NCBI GenBank assembly: GCA_015680685.1
Contig: MNCI01002245.1
Coordinates: 33,803 to 92,385, forward strand
Direction: 5' to 3'
Length of the DNA: 58,583 nt
From: Gnetum montanum
Taxonomy: Eukaryota; Plantae; Gnetophyta
The notes beneath the pieces were generated by a model that ran no database searches, had not been told where the DNA came from, and worked only from the letters and a program-made list of their open reading frames with translations. Below, piece by piece: positions 37,783-50,779 of the stretch; within the stretch, counting starts at the first letter, position 1, and each line of letters begins with the position of its first letter. The position numbers were made by a program, and so were the translations under genes.

Positions 37783-40700
37783 ATGAAGAGCAAGGCCAAC
37801 ACTAGCAAGAACCCCATCCTGGGGAATGTTCACATAGTAGCCAAGGACCTCTTCCATCTTTTATGGCCCTTGATTGGGCAAGGATATACTACCATCACCC
37901 CCATGTGTACTATTCTTGGCCATTTTATGTGTGTGTGTGTGTGTGTTTTTTTTTTTTTTTGGTAGTTTTCTTATTAGAACCTAGGCATTTTCTTAGATCA
38001 AGGATGATATGCTAATTAAAATAAAGTTTTGAAAAAATCCTACACTATTTTTGGGTGGGGTTTATGTGATTTTGGTGTTTCTTTGACATTTAGATTTGGT
38101 TTTGTAAGGTTATAAATTTTTTTTTAGTTAATTTCATGCATTTTTGTTGTTGTTTTTTAAAAAAAAGCAAAACCACTTTGTATTTTTTATTAAGAAAACG
38201 GTTAGGAATTCTTAATTTTTGAGGCCATAGGGTTATGATATGCTATTAAATGGTTAAAATGGTGATTGAACCACTAGTTTTTTTCTCCAGTTAATTTTTC
38301 ATGAATTTTTCTATTAGCCAACTCATAGTGGCTTTTGGGTTTTACGTTATTTTTTATGGTAGATTTGTAATTTTTTTTAAAAAAATGGCTAAGTATTTTG
38401 GGTTTTTGAAGTTATAGGTTTTTAGTTTATGATTTAGGTTTCAAATGGCTATGTAATGATGTAATTTAGACTTACAATTAATTCTAGGAGAATGTTTTCA
38501 GGTGTAGGTGTAATTCCATGCCATTTTTCAATTTTTATGTCATTTCATGAATTTTTTCTACAAAAAAAATACGAATTTTGATGTTCCAAGTTGTGAGTTT
38601 GTACTTCTAGATTTAAGATATAAAAAGGTTCTAGAATCACTAAATTTGAGTTTGTGGTTGATTTTTTATGATTTTTTCAGTAAGGTTATGTGAAATAAGC
38701 TTTTTGGCTTTGGTAGTTTTACCCTTGTGAAGATGGGCAACGTTTGCACATTGGATGATTTTTCATATGAACATCCCATATTGTTGGGAATACTTGCGTG
38801 CGTTGAGGATGGTTTAGAACTAGTTTCATTGATGTTAAAAAAATTTTGATATTTTTTACCAATTATTTCCTATGGTCGTTTCTCCGGTTTTGATGTGGTT
38901 ATGTGAATTTTGGCTAAATTTGGTTAAATTTTTGCATAGTGTTATAGATTTTTTAGGCTTAGGATTATAGAATAGATATTTTTGTGTTTTAATTATCATG
39001 TTCAAGGTTTTCTTAGTCTATTTTGACATTGATTTTAAATTTTTGGAGAATTTTGAACTAACATTCCTAGAGTTTTTACTATGGCTAGTTTATGCTAGTT
39101 TCACTATTAACTAGGATGTTTAGCAAAATTCTTGTGGAATTCAAATTTGTGTGTGGTTGTTGTTTTACTTAGATTTTTTTTATGGTTGTTCCTAGTTTTT
39201 TTTTTCATTTTAAGTGTTGTGAATGTGGTTTTAACTATGTGTGTTGTTGTTTCCATGTAGGGCCTTAAGTCCATTTTGGTGGTGGTTCAGTTGGTGGGGA
39301 TACATTGCTGTATCAACTTACCCAAGTCCAACATCCCACCTATGAATATGGTTTTGAAGTGGGGTTCCTTGTGCTATGAAACTTCAATGTAATGATGTGG
39401 TCACACTTGTTTTCTTACACGACCAAGACCATTTTGGAGATCCTACTACATCAATCTTCCAATCTGATCATCAAGTTTATAATGGATAATCCCAAAACCT
39501 ACATAGAAGGGGAAGTGTTGGATAGTAATGCTACTAGGAGAAATTTCTAGCTATCCTAAATTTGGAACATGCTAGAGTTCTCTTAGTACAATGTTGACAA
39601 CACTCTGATGGTGGCTCAGTGAGGCCACACACTACTCCAAAATCCTATAGCAGAATGTACCATTTGGAAGGGTAAGTGTATTTGTTAAAAAATTTTCATA
39701 TTTTGGTTTACCTATTTTAACTTAGCCTTTTAGTTTCTAAATATCTTACAGGTACAGGGTTAGTGACCAACATTTGATAAAAAATGATCAAACTTTAATG
39801 TTGGCTTAGACCATAGTGGGTATTTACCAAAATCCCAATAATAAGGACTATCGTGATCAATCAACTAAATCATGATTTTGATAAGTACACTAACATCTTC
39901 ACTCTAGCATTTTAGAGGTGCTTAGCCACTAAGATAGCTCATAGCTGGTGGATGTCTCCTAATCACATTGTAGAAGAAGGCACCATTGCTAGGTCCTCCA
40001 CATAACCCTCATCCAATAGGAAGAAGAAATGTAGGAAGTTTTTGTTTTATTTGTTTTGTTAAGTTATACTAACATTTTCATGGCTACATGACTCTAGGAT
40101 ATTTTGGTTTTAAGTGTTTTCATGGTTTTAATTTGTATGGTTTTAGTTGATTATTCTTATCACATTTTGGTTTCATGTGATGTGTCTATGCCTAAGCTTA
40201 TTGATCATTTTTCATTATCTTATAGGGGCTTCCACCACTTCTAGCATCACCTTGGTTGTTTTAGAACACTCTAAGTAGACTTTCATCTTGAAATATAGTG
40301 AGATGGAATTGGCATAGTGTTGGTTGACTGAAAGGGCACCTAGAAGCATTAAAATAAACATTGCTCATGCATGTTTACTTGATATTTTTATGGCACCTAG
40401 CCTAATCATCCTCACTAATAAGATGGTGAACATCATTGACTCCTTTGACCAAGGAGCCAAGAACTTCACCACTAAGGTTCATGATGTGATGATCATCTTG
40501 ACCATCAATGAGGCCACCTTCTATGACCTCTTTAGTACTTCCTTTGAAGGGATGAAAGTTGCCACCAAACCAACAAAGGAGGTAGGCCATTGAGAGGAGG
40601 TGGAATCATGGTTAGGTGCTCATCATGGACATTTTGAGTTAGCCCTAGAGGATTCTAGGTACTAGAAGCAAGGGAGTCCTATCCCTTATTTAAATACAAT

Positions 40701-43700
40701 GCCTTTCTAAAGTTGCTATCACAAAATAAGGTTATTGGCATTGCCTTAGCATGGACCATGATGAAGGTCCTTACTAAAGGTGCTTAGTTTAACTAGGCTT
40801 CTCAGTTTTCCTCTGGGCTATACGAGGAAATCTTCCAACTCCAAGAGGATCTTACATCAATATTCCACATGTACTATGCATCCTTTGTATCATATTTGAG
40901 GAGATTCATGGAGTTTTTGGTGGTGAAGATGGATCAGAAATGGATGAGCCAAGAGCCATCCCAACTCTCTAAGCCTTGGATAAAGCATATTTATCCAATC
41001 ATGTAGGCCTAGAACCCACCATAGGATGTTGGGGAATCACTGTATATCACCACTAAAGAACTTAGTGGTAGGTCTTATGCTTCCCCAAAAAATATGGGGA
41101 TGGAGCCTCATGTTAAGTAGGCTAAAACTTAGAGGACCAAGGAGTTTCATGCTAAATCTAATGAGGAAGCTAGAGCAAAGTTAAAGTGGCCCATGATTGA
41201 GGAAGTAGCACTGCCCACCAAGCAACCTTTCAAGAGAATGTTTACACTTAAGCTTGGCTAATTACATTAAGCAGTTACAAGTACATTTTTAATTTTTTTT
41301 TATGCTTAATTTATTTTATGTTTTAAGGTTTCAAGGTTATCATTTTGTCTTAAGTGAAATATGTTAAGTGGTTTTAATGTTTTACATTTATTATTCTTGT
41401 AGATAAGTAACAAGAATTGGTGGCCCAAGCTACAATAGCCTAGGTGGAGTAGAAGCATCTGGAGAAGATGTTCCTATAGCAACATGAGGATGAGGGGTTG
41501 GCCAATGTTGCATTAGATGACCTAGACACCATGTTTGGTCAACCATTACTAGGGAAAGCCCCAATCATCATCCTAAATGAGGAACCAAGTATGAATACAC
41601 TTTTGTGTCTTTTGTTCTAAGTTATTATTTTATGTTTAGCTTTTTTTCTAATCATTCATTTATTGCTATACCTATTGTAGCTACTGAGTCCCAAGTAGAT
41701 GCCTTTACTTCTACATTTCACATAAAACCATGGGTAGAGGTTCCAGATAAGGTGGAGTTCATGCATGGAGTAGCTAAAGATATAATCGATCAATTGCAAC
41801 AAGTTGCTCCCGAAATTGGTAAGAACTTTAATTTTCTTTTTTCTTTAATTTTTCTATATAGTGTTATATAGGTATATTGATCACATGTTATGCTTATGTT
41901 CATTCTTTTTGTATATTGTGCTTATTTTTATATTTCATGATTATGTTTCTTGTAGTGCCTATGCTTGAGTGGAACTTCAACTGTGACTTGAAGAGAGAAT
42001 CCTTTCCTACTCTTCCTTTTGAAGTGGAAAATGATCCATGAAAGTTGTATGAAAGTGCAATTGACATTGGAATTTCATGCACAAAAACCTCGTATAAGTT
42101 GTTGTTGACCTTTTGGTATGTCAAAATCTTAAGGAAAATGGAGAATAAAGGATGTTTGTTGTGGATGTCATATTTATAGAACAACAACAAGAACTCCACA
42201 TTATGGACAAGGACTAAAGGAAGAATGGCTATCAAAGTAAAATAATTCATAGGCAAAATGAGAGCATGGACAAGTACGAAGACTTCAAGCTAAATGAAGA
42301 TGCTCTAGGGATTGAAAGGAAGCCAAATGTGTCTATTTGTGTTGATTTTTTTTATGGATGATTCTTAAATGTTTTAGCATGTTTTGGAGTGTTTTTGGCT
42401 AATTTTGATGAGTCTAGGAGGTTATAGAGTCTATGGGGAATTTTTAAAAGGCATTTAGAGACTCCTAGCATCAAAATGAGTAGTTTTATTTTCAACACAT
42501 GTAGAGAAGATGTCTCCCAAAAATAGGAGATGTCTCCTATCAAAAGAAGATGTCTCCCAGATGCAGAAGATGTCTTGGCCAAAGTGGAGGTCACCTAGAG
42601 AAGACATCTCCAAAAAACAAGAGACATATCCTTTCAAGAGAAGACATATCTATTTTAAAATAGACATCTCCCAAGAGTTAAATTCATTTTTAGAGAGACA
42701 TCCCAATCTCAAAAGAGATGTCTTCACTAACTGTTAGATAGCCATTACATGAATTCCAAGGTATTTCCAAAAACTCCAAGGCTATAAGAAGACGTTATTC
42801 TCTTGGAAAAGAATATAGCACTATTCATATTTAAGTTCTTAATTATCTATTCTCTAAAATTGTAATTTTCCCTTTATTTAACTATCATTTTTTTGTAGCA
42901 TTACTTATTGTATTGAAGTGAGCTTCAATTACAAGGACTTCGTAAAGTCAGTTACATTCTTTCCTTATGTATATTTTTTCTTCTTGTTGCTCTGCGGGGT
43001 TGATGTGCATCTTGCAGAAAGGTGTCATTATTAAACTTGTTGAAATCCTATGGAATCAAGTGTTTGTCTAGTGTCAAAACGCTATAGAGTGGAGCTCAAT
43101 TTTGTAAAGGCTATCGGATCCTTTAAACCACATTTTGAGCTTGTTGGGACCTTCCCAGGTTGAGTGGTTACACAATGATGACACACTCTAGAGCAAAGCT
43201 CAGATCTTGTGTAGGGTATGGTCCACTTCAAACCATATTTTAAGCTTTTTGGGACCTTGTAGGATTGAGAGATTTTGTAGTGAAAAAAGTCTCCATGGTA
43301 GAGCTCAAATCTTATAAAGGTTATGGTGTTTTCTAAACCACATTTTTGAAGAAACAAAGTCTAGTGGTGGCATGAATTCTACCCTTCGAGTGTGGATGTA
43401 CCCAAGTTGGAGAACCACGTAAAATTTGGTGTGTTCAGATAGTTGGTGAAATTTTATTTTGGTGAACTTATTCAATGGTCAAATGAATTCCTACGGGAGC
43501 AAGTTGTGGCCTTAAATGAGGAGACTAAGAGGCAGGCTTAGGTTAGCCTTAGGTAAGGTGTCTATTGTCATGGTATCATAGGAGCTGCCTACATGGATAA
43601 AGATTGATGAGAGTAACATCCTCATGGGTGTTAATCTTGGAGATGTGGACTAGGCCTACATGAAAAAAGATCAAAGCCTCCATCATTTGGAGTTTGGACT

Positions 43701-43919
43701 TTAGAATCTTTCCCCAAAGTATGTCATGTAAGAGTCCCATTAGGTTTGTTTTGCTATATGATTTTATCATGTTTTACTTTGTTTAAGTTAACAGCTTAGT
43801 TTTATAATGTGTTGATTACTATTTGGTCTTTTCTTATTATGCTACAAGAACTAGGAAATATCGATAGCCCCAGTGGTGAGGGTGGAAATGATCCTCAACC
43901 TCCTCCAGATGCCTCCTAG
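37783..43919 (+). pseudogene. Antisense multi-exon gene inside the Tat element (PMD/extra-ORF-like domain plus coiled coil)
   Basis: Exons 39261-39671, 39752-40030, 40226-41280, 41403-41588, 41681-41818, 41956-43727 (minus the solo LTR) and 43855-43919. Possible first exon 37783-37906. GT-AG T-rich introns are all phase 1 and preserve the frame. Confidence 0.75.
42330..43481 (+). mobile_element. Solo LTR (copia-like motifs) inserted in an exon
   Basis: TG...CA ends, AATG duplicated at both flanks, GGAGATGTCTCC repeats, GTGGATGTA...GAACCACGTAAA motif. Removal restores ...ERKPN|EFLREQ. Confidence 0.8.
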
Positions 43920-44283
43920 CTCCACCAACTATCTATTTTCAATTATTCTATTGATCACATTTTATTTTAATGTCATTATGGCTAGTGTTAGCAAATGATT
44001 TAGTTTATGGATAGCTTAATTGTTTTATGGTCTATTGTTTAGACATTTTCCACATCATGTGGCTATGGTTGTTATGTTTGAGATAGATTAATTATTATTT
44101 TTAAGGTTCAATTTTGGTTATATCATTTTAGCATTATGGTTTTATTCATATTACATGGTTTATGTTGTGATTATAGTATAAGGACACATTGGCTAACTGA
44201 CACAATTATAATGTAATAAAAATGTAAAACTAGCTAGGAAATAAGGTTGTAAACTAAAACAAAAATAAGGTATGATGACATGC

Positions 44284-44445
44284 TAGTTTTAGGCCATGGT
44301 GGGCCACACATTTTACCAGTTTTAGATCATGGTGGGCCATGCCATGTTTGCTAGTTTAAGGCTATGGTAGACCATACGTTGTTTCCCAGTTTAAGGCCAT
44401 AGTGGGCTATAGGATATTGGTAGTTTTAGACCATAGTGGGCCCTA
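44284..44445. repeat. About five copies of a 34-36-bp repeat (TAGTTTTAGGCCATGGTGGGCC...)
   Basis: Directly visible. Confidence 0.85.
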
Positions 44446-44639
44446 AGGAAAATATTTTTTGTCTATTTCGTATTTTAATTTTTTTATAAATTTCTTAGAT
44501 TTAAAGTTTTTATAACATTTTTATATTTAACATGATAAAAAAGAGAATTATTTAAAAGTAAAAATGCAAACAACCATATATTTAGGCTAAATGCAAATTT
44601 AATTTTAGCATAAAGTAAAACAAAATGGTGCTTACAGGT

Positions 44640-47600
44640 AACATGTAAACTAGGCTAAAAGGCTATAAGTATATACGACTACATGGTCATAGGTGCATAG
44701 GGCAAGAAAATAAATGGTACACATCAATTGTGCAAATGTTTCCTAATCTTTGAGAGATTAGGAAATGTATACTTTTTTTTGACAAGCCTATGGGAGCTTT
44801 CCTCATAGTGTATTCCTAGATCCATCAGCATTAGTTTTGGCCTCTTCTACTCCATAGAGCTTCTTGACTTTATGGCTACCAGTAGGAGTTTTTTCCTAAA
44901 GCTCCACTTTAGATTCCCATTCTATTCTAACATTGTTAACTAGTAGGGAAATCATGTTATCAACATGGATGATTATTTTACCTCCCTCATAAGGTAGGTG
45001 AATTTCTTGATGGATGGATGATGATACAAGTCATAGTTAGGCTAGCCAAGGCATCCCCAAGATAAGGTGGAACCTTGGTGTTTTCTCCACCACCAAGAAT
45101 TTTTCCATTATGGGGAATTATTCCTTTGATACAAAGTCTAAAGAAATAGAGCCTTTTATAGCAATCCATGATCCATTAAAGGATTTGAGATCGAAAGTTG
45201 ACATATGTTGTATGTGTTCTGTTAGGCGTAAATGCTTAATGATGATGTAGGGTATCACATTTGTTGCTACTCCATTGTCTACATGCAATCTATGAACCTT
45301 TTATCATCCTATCCTTATTGGTATAAAGAGGGGGGCCTTGGTTACCTTTCTATTTTAAGGATTGGTTTTGATCTCGTTATTGTGAAACACTAGTGATGTT
45401 GACTTTGTTTCTTCCCTAGGTGAAGATGGTATCATCATTACATGGATGCATTCTTCACTAGCAAGGATGTCCTCACTGATGGGAATGAAGGTCAACATCT
45501 TTACTAGCATCTCGCAATATGCAATGAAAGTCATGACAAGGTTATACAAGATGAGGATTGTGTTCTTTTGTTTTAGCAATAACCTGACTTGTTTCATCAC
45601 ATTAAGGAAGTCCTTGTTATTGGTTGTGAAATTTTTTTTATTCCTATTATTCTTAAATTCCTCCATGCATCCCAAAATATGAACTTCATGTTTCAATTGT
45701 TGTTGCTTAGCCTCTTTCCTCTTCCCTTGTGGCTTGGATTCTTCCTATGATTTACTAGTTAAAGTAACCTGGGTAGTAGAGGTTAGGGGAATGGATGAGA
45801 TGAGAGTGGGCTTCTATGGGTCCACTTCCTTCCATGCATTATCTTGCTTATCATTTTTATCTTTAGGATTTTGTGTAGGCTTCTTACGTTACTTACTTAG
45901 TAACTTCTTGTTGTCATTACTTGGTTGGAAAGAAGAATTTATTACATTAGCTACCATAGGGGGACATTGTTCAATTGTATGGGTGGACTTAATTGAAATG
46001 AGAGGGGGAAATTTAATTACAAAAGGCTCCTTGGGAAGCATAGGTGATGGTATCCTTACAACAAAGGGGGCCCTTGAACTAGTGGAAGTTGAAGGGCCTC
46101 TTTCATTGTGAGGAAGTATCTAAGTCACAAATGGTTCCCTCGTAGGCCTTGGGTCATTTTTGTCATTGAATATTACTATGGTATATGGGCTATTGTTGAT
46201 GTTCAGTGAGTCCTTATAGACATGCATCGACTAGTTATAAGGCCTAACTAGGTTGGAGGCCTGCAAGTCATCTTTTAGCACTAGGCAAAAGTTAGTATCC
46301 TAACTTGGCAATTGATGATAGCAATAGAAATAGTTAAGTTTAAAGTATCTAGACACTAGAGGATCATCTTTGCCTACATTCGTGGGGTCTTTGGCTATCT
46401 CACATATCCTCTCATGTCTCTTACAGGCATTTTCTATCATTTGCTTATAGTACACTCTTCAATAGTTGGTCAAGGAGTTCCACTACCTTTAATTGAAACC
46501 TAGTAGATTTTGACTAGTGTTTTCACTCAAATTTAGGCATTGTGGTGGTTAATGCAGAGGCCCAAAACATTGAAAGTTGATTATTATTAGTAGGGACATT
46601 TGGTTGGTTCATTCTTGGCCCTTGGATTATTGTCTTGTTCTCCTTTGCCAGAGTGGCTATCGCTATGTTGTTTTGTCTCCCTTTCTTCTTATTATTTTGT
46701 GCATGTTGGCTCTTGTACACCACATAGGTGGGGTCATGGCTAGCTTCTATAGCATCCTCTATATTCTTAGTTTAATAAAAATCCTAACTAAGTAACTGTG
46801 GATCTAAGTAGTACAATTTCAAATTGATAAAGTCATTCAATGCCCCCTTGAATACAACTAGATGGTGAGTCTTAGCTATTAGTTTTGGAATCTCATTAAG
46901 TAAAGAATTCCATCATTGTATGAGCTTTTGCACCAGCTCAAGGGGTCCTTACTTGATCTTTATTAATTGGTCAAGGTTTGTGTCAAGTTTAAAGTTATAC
47001 TTGAAATGGTTAACAAATTGTGTAATTAGGTCTTTTAGAAAGGATATGAATCCTCTTGGTAAGTCAAAATACTAGTCTAGGGCTTTTCTTGTAAGAGACA
47101 TAGGGAAAATATGCATTATTGTGTGTGTCCAGGCTTGTAGTAGTAAGTACTTAGAATAAAAGGTTATAACGTATGATTTGGGATCATCCTTGTTGTTGTA
47201 CTTGGTAAATTGAGGTATGAGGACACTTGGGGAAAGAGTTAGTTGTGGGACTATAGGACTAATGGGATCATCTTGATAGAAATCCATTATTTTGACAATC
47301 TGGGATGTGGAAGCCTTGAGCCTTCATAACTATTCCTTTAAGTCCTAGATCATTTGGAAGGCTTGATCTAGTCCTTGAGATGCCCCCACGGATTGTGGGG
47401 TTTGCACAAAGGATTGGGTTATGAGCTATGAGACCTGTGGCCTTACAATGGGTTGTGGCATTGAGGGAAGAGGTTGAGTCATTATTGTTGTGGGTGGACT
47501 AAACAACAAAAAAGAAGTTTGTATTGGTATTTATAGCACAAGGGGAATAAAAGGGGTATGTGACCCTTGGATCAATTAAGGTCCTATTGTGGGTCCCATC

Positions 47601-48180
47601 TATGTGGAAAAGGAGTTAGTGGTAGTCACCTCTATCAATCATGACAACATAGATTGTGGTTATATGGCAAAAGGCATGGAAAAAGAAAAGGTTGTTACTT
47701 ATGACAATGGTTGTGTTTGGTGTGTTGCTATAATGGGAATTAGCCTAAAAATGGTTGAATAGGAAGGGGTCGAGGACTAAGGGATCTACCCTATGGAAGA
47801 GGCAAAGGGAGTTGAGGTAGGCAAGATAGCTTTGATGGTCAACTATAAAAAGAGCCCCTCCATGAAATTCGCATGTTTAAACTTAGCCCCAAACTCATCT
47901 TCTTCCTCATGTTGGTCATCCAAGCTAGCCTTCCTTTCCTCTTCATCAATCTTAATTAACTAAAAAAGGATGTCAGCATAGGTTTCATTCAATAGTATTT
48001 TATCATATGGAAAAGGTATGTATTCCTTTCCATCATAGTGGATGAGTTCATACTTCCTTTTGGCTTGTGCTTCCATTCTTGGAATGAGCATGCTAGCTTG
48101 AATTTTAACATAAATGAAGTCATAATGATCTTTGTTTATCATCAAAAATTTTGAGCTTTGTCCCTTGAGCCTAAGTGATT
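44640..48180 (-). pseudogene. Tat/Ogre-like gag-protease
   Basis: Homologous to the gag at 599-2140 (DFY.DDPIS...TKYN..DP...LLLQAW). Protease VDNGVATNVIP at ~45279 and LILGMPWL. Confidence 0.88.
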
Positions 48181-49035
48181 ACCTATACTTAACTATAGTG
48201 GGGTATTTGGGGTCATAAACTCTTATGGCCTATTTGCTAGATCTTGTGTTAGTCAAGTTGAAAGATAAAAAAATTGATTGGCTAAATGACATTGTTGATA
48301 ATGTTTGAAATTGACCTAATAGAATGTTTAATTAACTAATGGAATAAAATTTGCATCAAGTGGGATTATGAAAAAGTAAAAGGAGGTGTGGCTACCAAAA
48401 GGTTATGCACTATAACTATAAAATATAGTGCAAGTTGCAATGAAAAAGGGGATATACCTTTTACTCAAGAAAACATAAGAAGTTTATCTCAAACCTCCAC
48501 CATGTTAGGCTTGCTAGTAGTATCCACACTGGAGGTGGAGAGGAAGGAAGAAGGGGGTAAGATAAATAATCTTACATCTTCTCACACAATTTTTGGGTTT
48601 TTCCTTATTAGGTTTGATAATTGCTAGCCAATAATTAAAGTGAAAAATCTTGTTGTTTCAAAGGTTTTATTGATTTTGGCTAAAACACCAACACTGGCCT
48701 TGATAGAAAATTTTCACAATAAAGGGGCCTAAGGTTTTAGGTGGTTGTGAGGAGCAACACTAGTCTTTGAAATACACAAAGGTAGGTGCAACTTGGAACC
48801 ACGTTGGCCTTACAATTTCTAGCAATAGCCATAAAATTGTTTTCAAATCCCAAATCACCTACAACATCCACACTAGGTTTTGGTTGTAGGGAGATGGGTG
48901 GCAAGATTGGTTTTTATGTTAAAAAAATGAAGTTGTTAAAATTTAAAAATGTTTTGATGTAAATTCAAGGTTTTAGACTTGAAAACAACGTTGTTATAGT
49001 GGCCAATAGGATTGGACATAGAACTTGGGAAGAGG

Positions 49036-49052
49036 TCCTCCTTCTAGTGCTA
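49036..49052 (-). promoter_or_regulatory. Degenerate tRNA-Asn PBS
   Basis: TCCTCCTTCTAGTGCTA compared with CCCTCCTTCTAGCGCCA. Confidence 0.85.
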
Positions 49053-49058
49053 GAAAAT

Positions 49059-50589
49059 TGTAGCAACTACAAAATTTGGTTATTGAAAAACTAAAGATCC
49101 CAATCAACATATCTTTAATTTCATATCCTAAGGGCCTTCAAAAATAGAATTTGAGGTGCCCTAGATGGTCTTACCAATCACCCAAGGACTTATAGAATGT
49201 AAACAAGGCTAATAAAAATACAAATGATGTAAATATGATTTTAGAAAAATGAATAGAATAATACAAAATTATAAAAATTTGCACAGAAAATAGAACTATA
49301 AACTTTATTATAATAAAATATTGGGAAAAAAGAAGAGATTGGGATGTTAACAAATTATTTTTGGGGATGCAAAGAATTCATTTCAATGGGGATTTGAAGT
49401 CTATTCAAGTTGGTAATCTTGGACATCATAGTCAGCTCTATGATACAAATGCTCCACAACTCTCAAAATTGTAAAACCTTAATGTACTTCTTACCAGATC
49501 TACAATGTTGGTGGTGTAAGGGGGTAAGATGCATGGGGGGTTTTAGGGCACAATGAAGAGCCATGATTGGAGTCTTAATGCCCAATTTGCTCAGCATTGC
49601 CACAAAATCTCACACAAGATCAAGGGTTGAATAATGGTCAAAATGGTTGTTAGTTCCATGCTAGAAAATTTCCAAGAGTGTTTTGTCTACATTGAGTTTT
49701 CAAAGCTCTTGAATGCCAAAAAATTGGAATCCTCTCATGGTGTACAAGCTTGCTTTATATAGGTTTCATGGCCATAATTAGGATTTCAAATTTCTATCCT
49801 AATTGCTATCAGATTTCTATCACATGCAAGTGTTGTAGGTGTCTAAATCCAACATGGTTTCCATGTATGGTAAGTTCTAATACCCCCAAGATTCCAAAAC
49901 CATTTTAGTTACCAAAAATAGTAAATGGAAATTTTACCCACATTGGCTCCTCCACCCACATTTGCCTTCTAGGAGCAATGCTAGGCCTATAGGAACCATG
50001 TTGGATTGCATGGGCAATGTTGGGTTGCATGAGCAACATTAGGTTTGTTGAGGTTATGTTGGACCTATAGGAGCCATGCTGGAGTTGCTATAGCAATGCT
50101 GGGATTTCAAGAGTCATTTTGGAGCTGCTAGAGCAATGCTAGGATTTTTGGACTAATGCTAAACATGTTAAAATCTAGGAGAAATGCTAGGATTGTACAA
50201 GTGACACTGAGGCTATAGGAGCCACATTGAGGCTTCCATAGCCAAACATCCAAATGCTAAGCATAGGTAACTCTAGTGTAGAAAAGGTTACACCCACCAC
50301 AAAATCCATGAAAATGCTAATTTTGATAGTCCAAAAGGTATTTTGACCCCCACCTCCCTTCCTCCCACCCTAAGCCCAAATATGGACACACTATGACTTT
50401 TTTCACCTAGGGATTAAGGGTATGACTCCTTCTGAGGCATTGTTTCTACCCCAAAAGTCAAGGTATGCAAAATTGCATCTAGTGCATGGCAATCTTCACA
50501 TATTATGATGAAATTATAGCCTCAAGTTTCATGGGGTAAGAGTTACAATGTGAGAAGGTTACAACATGCATTTTCTTGGTGGTGTTTCA
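49059..50589 (-). mobile_element. 5' LTR of the Tat/Ogre-like element
   Basis: Colinear with 28563-30046. Confidence 0.92.
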
Positions 50590-50779
50590 TTAATCAAAGT
50601 AAAATATATAAAGTAAAGTGCCAAATATTCAAGAAAATTGAAAAACATATAAAGAATGGTGTAAAATAAAGAGTTGAAAAATAGAGTATCCATCACAAAA
50701 TATTAACGTGAATAGCCTTCTCTCCTACAATTGAGTTGGAAGTAGGAGATTTGAAAGATAGAATCTACTTGTCCATCGA

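Larger units (their letters stand above)
34589..44635 (-). other. Putative ~10-kb intron between protease and RT
   Basis: Minus-strand acceptor TTTTTACATAG|GTG at 34589 sits exactly where the RT frame opens. Candidate donor GTAAGC at 44635. Both intron ends are AT-rich. Confidence 0.6.
28563..50589 (-). mobile_element. Full-length ~22-kb Tat/Ogre-like Ty3 retrotransposon
   Basis: LTRs at 28563-30046 and 49059-50589 (TG..CA), TSD TTAAA/TTAAT, tRNA-Asn PBS, PPT, and gag-PR-[gap]-RT-RH-aRH-INT. Confidence 0.92.
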
